This document shows, one piece after another, positions 57,226 through 64,000 of a DNA stretch of 64,000 nucleotides. The notes under the pieces are model-generated. The model did no database searches and was not told where the DNA came from. It saw only the letters and a list, made by a program, of their open reading frames with translations. Origin of the DNA: Anaerolineae bacterium (GTDB lineage: Bacteria; Chloroflexota; Anaerolineae; B4-G1; SLSP01); contig JBNGDO010000001.1 in NCBI GenBank assembly GCA_049975385.1, forward strand, positions 2,600 through 66,599. Direction: 5' to 3'. Position 1 is the first letter of the stretch, and each line of letters opens with the position of its first letter. Made by a program: the position numbers and the translations under genes.

Positions 57226-57320
57226 GCAGGATGCAAGAATCAGCGAATCAGCGAATGACTGAATCGGCGGATCACGGATCACGAATCCCCAATTACCAGT
57301 TACCGATTACCAATCATAGA
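57226..57320. repeat. Composite heptamer repeats (GGATGCA, GCGAATC, GGATCAC, then CCAATTACCAGTTACCGATTACC module) between the isomerase gene and uxuA
   Basis: Reads gaggcaggatgcaagaatcagcgaatcagcgaatgactgaatcggcggatcacggatcacgaatccccaattaccagttaccgattaccaatc. Confidence 0.85.
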
Positions 57321-57333
57321 AAAAGGACAAAAA

Positions 57334-58323
57334 ATGATTAAGATTGCTGAAGTATTACCCCCTTATCCGACACCGTTGTGGCGATTGGTCAAGCAGTGCG
57401 GCGTGAATTACGTCGTCGGATCGATGGATTTCCGGCGCGGCCTTAACGTGGATAAAGAATACCTGCCGTGGAGCTATATGTCGCTGGTGCGGATGAAGAC
57501 CGCTTACGAAGATGGTGGCTTCCAATTGGATGTGATCGAAAGCCGTCCACCGCTCAACAAGGCCAAGCTGGGTCTGCCAGGGCGCGACGAGGAAATCCAG
57601 CACGCCATCGATATGATCCGCAACATGGGCGCGCTCGGCATCCCGGTGTGGTGCTACGAGTGGATGCCCGTCTTCAACTGGATGCGCACCTCGACCACGG
57701 CGCCAGCGCGGGGTGGGGCGCTGGCGACCGCCTACGATCACGACCTGATGCGCAATGCGCCGCTCACCGAGTACGGCGTCGTCACCGAGGCGCAGTTGTG
57801 GGAGAACCTGGAATACTTCCTCAAAGCGGTCGTGCCGGAAGCGGAAAAGGCCGGCGTCAAGCTGGCGATGCACCCCGACGATCCCCCGCTCTCTCCGATC
57901 CGTGGATTGGGGCGCATTATGCGCAGCATCGAAAACTACCAGCGGCTGCTCGACCTCGTCCCCAGTCCGGTCAACGGCATCGCGCTGTGCATGGGCAATT
58001 TCACGCTGATGACCGACGACTTGCCCGACGTTATCCGTCATTTCGGCAAGCAGGACAAAATCTTCTTCGTCCACTTCCGCGACGTGCGCGGCACGCCGGA
58101 GAAGTTCGTCGAGACTTTCCACGACGATGGGAAGACCGACATGCTGGCCTGTATGCAGGCCTACCGCGACGTCGGCTACGAGGGCGTCTGCCGTCCCGAT
58201 CACGTCCCCACGATGGAAGGCGACAGCAACGACCGCCCATCATATTCATCGGTGGGTCGGCTCTTTGCCATCGGCTATCTCAAGGGCTTGCGTGAAGCTG
58301 TGTATGGTGGGCAGTCCGGCTAA
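57334..58323 (+). CDS. uxuA: D-mannonate dehydratase
   Basis: [12 protein letters not shown] (E. coli YNFMPVLDWTRT), LAMHPDDPP (MAVHPDDPP), [14 protein letters not shown] and [17 protein letters not shown] match UxuA blocks. Confidence 0.75.
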   Translation: MIKIAEVLPPYPTPLWRLVKQCGVNYVVGSMDFRRGLNVDKEYLPWSYMSLVRMKTAYEDGGFQLDVIESRPPLNKAKLGLPGRDEEIQHAIDMIRNMGALGIPVWCYEWMPVFNWMRTSTTAPARGGALATAYDHDLMRNAPLTEYGVVTEAQLWENLEYFLKAVVPEAEKAGVKLAMHPDDPPLSPIRGLGRIMRSIENYQRLLDLVPSPVNGIALCMGNFTLMTDDLPDVIRHFGKQDKIFFVHFRDVRGTPEKFVETFHDDGKTDMLACMQAYRDVGYEGVCRPDHVPTMEGDSNDRPSYSSVGRLFAIGYLKGLREAVYGGQSG

Positions 58324-58353
58324 CGACTACCCGACTAATGACTATCTGACTAT
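58321..58353 (+). promoter_or_regulatory. Conserved ~25-nt motif TAACGACTACCCGACTAA(T/C)GACTAT immediately upstream of the GH42 start; a second copy lies at 63784..63825 upstream of the ORF starting at 63834
   Basis: Both copies are near-identical octamer-periodic tandem units (ACGACTAC/CCGACTAA/CGACTATT), and both end 15-30 nt before a start codon on the plus strand. Confidence 0.5.
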
Positions 58354-58367
58354 TTCAGGAGCACACT

Positions 58368-60399
58368 ATGATTACAAAATACCCCCCAATTACGTTGAAA
58401 TTGCCCGTCTTTCTACACGGTGGCGACTACAATCCCGACCAGTGGCCAGCCGAAGTGTGGGAAGAGGATATGCGTCTGATGAAGCTCGCCCACTGCAACG
58501 CGATGTCGGTGGGCATCTTCGCCTGGGCGCGTCTGGAACCTGCCGAGGGCCAGTTCGACTTCGACTGGCTCGACCGTGTGATGGACATGATCGCCGAGAA
58601 CGGCGGCGTGGCCGTGCTCGCGACGCCGAGCGGCGCGCGCCCGCCCCGAAGTGCTGCGCGTTCGCGCCGACCGGCAGCGCAATCTCTTTGGGGGCCGGCA
58701 TAATCACTGTCTCACCTCGCCGGTCTATCGCGAAAAGGTGCGCATCATCAACAGCAAACTGGCCGAGCGCTACGCCGACCACCCCGCGTTGGCCGTGTGG
58801 CACCTTTCCAACGAGTACAGCGGCGATTGTCACTGCGACATGTGCCGCGCGGCTTTCGTCGAATGGCTCAAAGCGAAGTACGGCACGCTGGACGCGCTGA
58901 ATCACGCCTGGTGGACGGCTTTCTGGAGCCACACGTACACGGACTGGGACCTGATCGAACCGCCCAGCCCCATCGGCGAGATGTCGGTGCATGGACTGAA
59001 CCTGGACTGGAGGCGCTTCGTCACCGACCAGACGACGGATTTCATGCGGCACGAGATCGCCGCGCTGCGCGAGTTCACGCCGGACATTCCCGTCACGACC
59101 AACATGATGGGCACCTTCCCCGGCCTCAACTACTGGAAGATGGCGCCGTACCTGGACGTCATCTCGTGGGATAGCTACCCAACGTGGCACAAGGATGATG
59201 ACGTCGTATTGGCTTCTGACGTGGCCTTCGTCCACGACATCAACCGCTGCCTCAAGGGTGGCAAGCCGTTTATGCTGATGGAGAGCGTCCCAAGCGCCAC
59301 CAACTGGGTGCAATCGGCCAAGGTGAAGCGACCAGGCATGCACGCGCTCTCGTCGCTGCAGGCCGTCGCGCACGGCTCGGATACGGTACAGTACTTCCAG
59401 TGGCGCAAAAGCCGCGGCTCGTCGGAGAAGTTCCACGGCGCAGTGGTCGATCACGTAGGGCATGAGAACACGCGCGTCTTCCGTGACGTCGCCGATCTCG
59501 GTGCGAAGCTGGAGAAGCTGGATGACGTGGTGGGGACGACGGTGCGCCCCGATGTGGCCATCATCTACGATTGGGAGAACGTGTGGGCGATGAACGACGC
59601 GCAAGGCCCCCGGCGCGGCGACAAGGGCTACCTGGACGCCTGCAAGCGCCACTACCGCGCGTTTTGGTCGCGCGGCATCCCTGTGGACATCATCGATATG
59701 GAGCAAGATTTGACCCGTTACAAGCTCGTCATCGCGCCGATGCTCTACATGCTGCGTCCCGGTGTGGATGAGCGTATCGCGGACTTCGTCGCAGCAGGTG
59801 GGACGTTCGTTGCCACCTACTGGACGGGCATCGTGGACGAGAACGACCTGGTCTTCCTGGGTGGCTGGCCCGGCGGCAAGCTGCGTGAGGTGCTGGGGAT
59901 TTGGGATGAGGAGATCGACGCATTGTACGAAAACGACCGCAATGCCGCCGTCTTCGAGGCCGGGAACCCCCTTGGCCTCGGTGGGGAATACGAGCTACGC
60001 GACTACTGCGCGCTCGTGCATCTCGAAGGCGCGGAGGTCCTGGCAACGTACCGCGACGACTTCTACGCCGGGCGACCCGTACTCACCGTCAATGCTTTTG
60101 GCGACGGCAAGTCGTACTACCTTGCGTCCAATCCTGACGACCATTGCCTCGCTGATTTCTACGGGGCGATGGACGTAAACCTGGACTTGCTGCACTCGCT
60201 CGACGCGGAATTGCCGCACGGCGTCAGCGCGCAACTGCGCACTGATGCCGAGACGAAATACGTCTTCCTGATGAACTTCAATGCGGAATCGGTCGTTATC
60301 GATCTGGGAGCAGCGACCTACACCGATTTACTTACTGGGGAGACGGTGAGCGGGATGACCGAGCTGGGCGTCTATGACGTGAAGGTGCTCGCGGCGTAA
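58368..60399 (+). pseudogene. GH42 beta-galactosidase, disrupted by a frameshift and small deletion near 58640..58650
   Basis: The N-terminal part (DYNPDQWP...AWARLEP...VLATPSGARP) is in frame 0. The remainder (PEVLRVRADRQRNLFGGRHNHCLTSPVYREK...) continues in frame +1 from 58645. The usually conserved P.W(L/M)...HPE segment between the two is missing, so two ORFs (58368..58703 and 58651..60399) are called. Confidence 0.6.
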
Positions 60400-60453
60400 G
60401 ATTACGGAGTGTGTGTAAGACCCCAAGGGTTTTTGAAACCCTTGGGGTCTTTT

Positions 60454-63400
60454 CTATGTTTTTTGGAATTCGGCCAGTAACGCCGCTGCCACTTCCTCCA
60501 ACGACAAGGCTGAGTCGCACGGCACGCTGAGGCCCAGTTCCTCCAGCAGGTCTTCGGCTTTCTGCTGTGTATCGCATTCGCTGGCCGGATGGCGGCGCAC
60601 CAGGTCGAGCAGCACGGCAGCCCGGTTTCTCAATCCCTGCTGCGCGAAAAGGCGGGCCAGATTCATCAGGATTTTGGTCGCCATCATCAGCGTCTGGGTC
60701 TCTTGGGCGATTTGCAGGGCTTTGGTCAGGTGGGTTTGTGCTTCGACACAGTCGTTGTGCGTACAGGCGATCTCGCCCAGGTTGTTGAGACACGTCATGA
60801 TCGTCCACGGTTCCTGGATGGCGTAGCCGATGGTGAGGCCGTCCTGATAGAACTGGGCTGCTTTCCTGTAGTCGCCCAGCGTATAAGCGATTTCCCCCAG
60901 ATTGCTCAACGCAACGGCCTCACCGTTTTGATCACCAATCTGGCGGCAGATGTCCAGACTCTGCTGATAAAACGATTCGGCTTTTGGATAGTCTTCCGAA
61001 TGGTGGAAGACCGTGCCCAGGTTGTTGAGGTGAATCGACACGTTGAATTGGTCGCCCAGGTCACGGCTTAGCGCCAGACACTCCTCGAAGATACGCTGTG
61101 CTTTCGTATACTCGCCCCGGTGGCAGGCGACGTCGCCCAGGGCATTGAGTTTTGGCATAATGAGCCGCTGATCGCCGAGGCTCCGGCTGAGGGCCAGGCT
61201 TTCTTCGAGCAGCGCTTTGGCTCGGTCCAAATCGCCAGTCCGGTGGTAGATAAGGCCGAGGATTTGGAGCGATTGCGCTGCACCTCTGTGGTCCCCAATC
61301 TGTCTGGACAGGATCAGGCTTCGTTCGGCCAGTTGCAGCGCCTCGTCATTTTGTCCCAGGTGGCGGATCGTATTTGCCAGGTTGACCAGGCTAAAGATTT
61401 GTTCGTCCGGCATCTTCAATCGCTCGAAAATCCTTAGGCTGCGTTCCAAAGCCATCGCCGCCTGTTGGTAGAGGCCCAGATGGTTGCAGAGCGCACCCTG
61501 ACGGGCCAGCAGCTTGCCGAACAATCTCTCCTGACTCGGATCTGCACTCCACCGGTCTATCGCCGGAGCGAGGAGCGCCAACCCGGCTTGAAACCAGCAA
61601 CGGATGTCGTAGAAGTCATAGAGGCTCTCCAGGCTCTGCTCGACCTCGTGGACGTGACCGCCCGTCACGGCCCATTGCCAGGCCTCGCGCACGTTATCGC
61701 GCTCTGGGGCGAGTTCTGCCAGTGCCTGCCTTTGTTCTGTTCCCTTCAGACGTGCTTCTTGTCCTTCCAGGAAAACGGCGAAGTAGCTGGCGTGCTGCAT
61801 ATGCGCGGCTTCGTGTTTCTGCGGATTGTCAGCAAGCTTTTCGGCGGCGTATTGTCTGAGTAACTCATGTATATCGTACCGATCCGGCGAGGTATGGCGG
61901 AGTAAGGACTTATCCAGCAGGCTTGTCAGCGTGGATGGCGATGCCCCGGCGACTGCAATGGCTGCTTCGGCGCGAAACCCTCCCCGGAAGACGGACAGTC
62001 GAGCGAAAAGGTCCTTTTCTGCCTCGCCGAGTTGTTGCCAGGAGTGCTCAAACGTCGCCCGGATATTACGGTGTCGCTCTGGGACGTTGTGCCATCGCGT
62101 CGTCAGGATGTCGAGGTTGTGTTCAATGGCCTGGGCGATCTCCGCGCAGGAATGTACGGATGCCCAGGCGGCGGCCAGTTCGACGCCCAGCGGCATACCT
62201 TCGACCAACTGGCAGATGTGGATGACGGCGGGAAGCTCCGTTTCCGTTACGGAAAAGCGCCGGTTCGCCTGGCGTGCGCGCTGCTGGAACAGGTCTATGG
62301 CGCTGTAGGCTTTTGCCCATCCTTCCTCCGGTTTCTCAGAGGCGGTGGGGTAGATGAGTCCCCCGATCTCGTAAACCCATTCTTCCTGCAAGTTCAGCCG
62401 TTCGCGCGATGTTACCAACAGCGTCGTCTTTGGCGCATGCCGGAGTATCTCGGCGATCAGGCTGACTTCTGGCAGGAGGTGCTCCAGATTGTCCAGTACC
62501 AATAGCATTTCTTTCTCGCGCAGATAGTCTAGAAGCTGGCGCTGAGGTTTCTGTTGGTTGTGGAGACGTAGACCCAGCGCATCAGCTATGCCAGTGACGA
62601 TCGTATCGTTCGAGTTGGTGGCGGCGAGCGGGACGTGGTAGACGCCGTGGGCGAACGCGCCAATCTGCTCCGCCGCCGCCTGCAATGCCAGGCGCGTTTT
62701 GCCGATCCCGCCTGGCCCGCTCAGGGTCAGGAGTCGCGATCTTGGATTGGCAATCATCTCGGCCAATTCTGCCAGCTCGTCTTCCCGACCGACGAAGGGT
62801 GTTGGTAGCGTGGGGAGCGAAGAAGGCGCACTCTCGTTCTCCAGTTCTTCGCTCGCAGCCTTTATCCTTTCGTACAGCGCCATCGTCTCGGCCATCGGCT
62901 CGACGCCCAACTCTTGGGCCAGGATGCGGCGGCAGGTTTCGTATTGGGCCAGCGCTGCACTGCGTTCCCCTTCCATCGCTAGTAGATGCATCAATTGGCG
63001 GTGCGCTTCTTCGCGCCAGGACTCCAACTCCACTTGCCGCCAGGCGGCTTGCCGCGCGCGGGTGAGTTCGCCGCGCCGGGTGTAGTAATCGGTCAGTGTG
63101 AACAGTGCCTCGATGGCCTCGCGGTGCAGCCACTCGCGTTTGAGACTCGCCCATTCCTCGAAAAGCGTGCTGTCACTTACGAAGAACTGTTCCAGGAAGT
63201 CCCCGCGATACAGGTCGGCCATCTGCGCCATACGGCGCAGGCACGGCAGGCAGCTCTCTCTGCGACGGTGTGCGTGCGATTGGCAGGCGGCGCGCAGTGC
63301 CTGGAATTCGGCGACGTCCAGATTATAGTCGCTGGCGGGATTGCGTTGCACAGTATCACGGTCCACGAGTAAGAATGGGGTAGCGCATTGGTCGTCGTTG

Positions 63401-63630
63401 AGCGCCTGGCGCAGGTAGAGTAACGTCTGACGCAGGCTTTGGCGCGCTTTGCGTTCCGGCTGATCGGGCCACAGCAGCGTCGCGAGGGCATCACGGCGCT
63501 GCGGATGGGCGGATTCCAGCGCGAGATAGGCCAGCAGTGCGCGCGCTTTGTCGGTGGCGAACCCGGTCAAAGGGTTGCCATCCAGCGTGACTTCGAATGT
63601 TCCGAGTAGACGTATTTCTAGGTATGCCAT
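60454..63630 (-). CDS. SARP-family (AfsR/DnrI-like) transcriptional regulator with BTAD, NB-ARC/STAND ATPase and TPR repeats
   Basis: Start at MAYLEIRLLGTFEVTLDG, an OmpR/PhoB-type winged helix. The BTAD region is (E)WLHREAIEALF.... The P-loop is LTLSGPGGIGKTRLAL, followed by hhhhD (LLVLDNLEHL) and extensive C-terminal TPRs. Confidence 0.8.
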   Translation of the reverse strand: MAYLEIRLLGTFEVTLDGNPLTGFATDKARALLAYLALESAHPQRRDALATLLWPDQPERKARQSLRQTLLYLRQALNDDQCATPFLLVDRDTVQRNPASDYNLDVAEFQALRAACQSHAHRRRESCLPCLRRMAQMADLYRGDFLEQFFVSDSTLFEEWASLKREWLHREAIEALFTLTDYYTRRGELTRARQAAWRQVELESWREEAHRQLMHLLAMEGERSAALAQYETCRRILAQELGVEPMAETMALYERIKAASEELENESAPSSLPTLPTPFVGREDELAELAEMIANPRSRLLTLSGPGGIGKTRLALQAAAEQIGAFAHGVYHVPLAATNSNDTIVTGIADALGLRLHNQQKPQRQLLDYLREKEMLLVLDNLEHLLPEVSLIAEILRHAPKTTLLVTSRERLNLQEEWVYEIGGLIYPTASEKPEEGWAKAYSAIDLFQQRARQANRRFSVTETELPAVIHICQLVEGMPLGVELAAAWASVHSCAEIAQAIEHNLDILTTRWHNVPERHRNIRATFEHSWQQLGEAEKDLFARLSVFRGGFRAEAAIAVAGASPSTLTSLLDKSLLRHTSPDRYDIHELLRQYAAEKLADNPQKHEAAHMQHASYFAVFLEGQEARLKGTEQRQALAELAPERDNVREAWQWAVTGGHVHEVEQSLESLYDFYDIRCWFQAGLALLAPAIDRWSADPSQERLFGKLLARQGALCNHLGLYQQAAMALERSLRIFERLKMPDEQIFSLVNLANTIRHLGQNDEALQLAERSLILSRQIGDHRGAAQSLQILGLIYHRTGDLDRAKALLEESLALSRSLGDQRLIMPKLNALGDVACHRGEYTKAQRIFEECLALSRDLGDQFNVSIHLNNLGTVFHHSEDYPKAESFYQQSLDICRQIGDQNGEAVALSNLGEIAYTLGDYRKAAQFYQDGLTIGYAIQEPWTIMTCLNNLGEIACTHNDCVEAQTHLTKALQIAQETQTLMMATKILMNLARLFAQQGLRNRAAVLLDLVRRHPASECDTQQKAEDLLEELGLSVPCDSALSLEEVAAALLAEFQKT

Positions 63631-63833
63631 ACTTTCCGTCGCTGTACGTGTTCGTGATGTGCTACTGCTGATTATAATGGCAAGCTTTGTGAAGAGCAAT
63701 TCAGGGATGGCCTTATGACGTTTTTATGACGGTGCTCCATTACGATTACGCTTGTGACCATGTCTGTACCGGCTTGTATTTGTTAACGACTACCCGACTA
63801 ACGACTATTCGACGACTTGACTTGGGGTGAACT

Positions 63834-64000
63834 ATGAAACAACGAGGCTATCTTTCGTATCTACTGCGGTTGTGGGAAACGAGTGACGGGGAAAAAGACG
63901 TTTGGCGTGCTTCCGTGGAGCGTCCGGGCACGGGAGAGCGCCACAGTTTCGCCGACGTCCAGGCATTGTTCGAGTTCCTACAGCGCGAGATGACGACGCA
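63834..64000 (+). CDS. Hypothetical protein, 5' part only (runs off window end)
   Basis: ATG at 63834 (MKQRGYLSYLLRLWETSDGEKDVWRASVERPGTGERHSFADVQALFEFLQREMTT...), preceded by the conserved octamer-repeat motif. Confidence 0.3.
   Translation, partial: MKQRGYLSYLLRLWETSDGEKDVWRASVERPGTGERHSFADVQALFEFLQREMTT

Noticed and set aside
9381-57320. Whether the short tandem repeat arrays could be CRISPR arrays
   Set aside because: Units are only 7-8 nt with no unique spacers of 25-40 nt between them and no cas genes nearby. They are simple tandem repeats, not CRISPR.
58368-60399. Annotating 58368..58703 and 58651..60399 as two independent genes
   Set aside because: Both pieces match contiguous parts of GH42 beta-galactosidase and overlap by 50 nt in different frames. 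It is one disrupted gene.
1-64000. tRNA, rRNA or other structured RNA genes
   Set aside because: No cloverleaf-like conserved tRNA features (GTTCGANTC T-loop with a matching acceptor stem) or rRNA-like stretches were seen. All hairpins found are better explained as terminators or repeat elements.

Overview
This is a high-GC (~60-65 %) bacterial chromosomal window with roughly 50 protein-coding genes. Gene content (PBS-lyase HEAT repeats, LVIVD repeats, alpha-aminoadipate-type homocitrate synthase, SARP/STAND regulators) is compatible with a Chloroflexota-like thermophile, but I cannot prove the taxon. No rRNA, tRNA or CRISPR was seen.

Main blocks, left to right:
- A minus-strand signalling/biosynthetic operon: a standalone cNMP-binding protein, then a zinc-ribbon + class III nucleotide cyclase + STAND ATPase + TPR protein, then a TLC/MFS-transporter + HEAT + cNMP-binding fusion, then the start of an NRPS whose start codon overlaps the upstream stop.
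- An aminosugar/oligosaccharide uptake locus: GH30, nagB, nagA, a Dpp/Opp-type ABC system with a large lipoprotein binding protein, and a GntR-binding-protein fusion regulator.
- Homocitrate synthase preceded by a Lys-codon-rich leader ORF and an intrinsic terminator, i.e. a putative attenuator.
- Lon protease, an orphan beta-class DNA methyltransferase, an EgtD-like methyltransferase, a membrane sulfotransferase and GH4.
- A 1153-aa HcnA-HcnB-HcnC / sarcosine-oxidase-like oxidoreductase fused into one reading frame.
- A ~2 kb low-GC island carrying vapBC, an AGOG-like (8-oxoG) DNA glycosylase and a MazG-like NTP pyrophosphohydrolase.
- Housekeeping genes: pepC, LysM-M23 peptidase, RDD protein, SRAP/YedK, M20 peptidase, glnS, glnA.
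- A uronate/galactoside block: sugar-phosphate isomerase, uxuA and a frameshifted GH42.
- A large SARP-NB-ARC-TPR regulator.

The most unusual property is that 7-8 nt short tandem repeats saturate the non-coding DNA, much like cyanobacterial STRR elements. Units include GAATCAC/G, GCGAATN, GGATGCA, GTAGACG, CTTACTC and the palindromic GGGATTG/CAGTAATC modules. They sit precisely at gene junctions and supply stop codons, ribosome-binding contexts and terminator stems. In several places they are read in frame, where they create HESRIT-type peptide inserts and apparently weld separate genes into one ORF.
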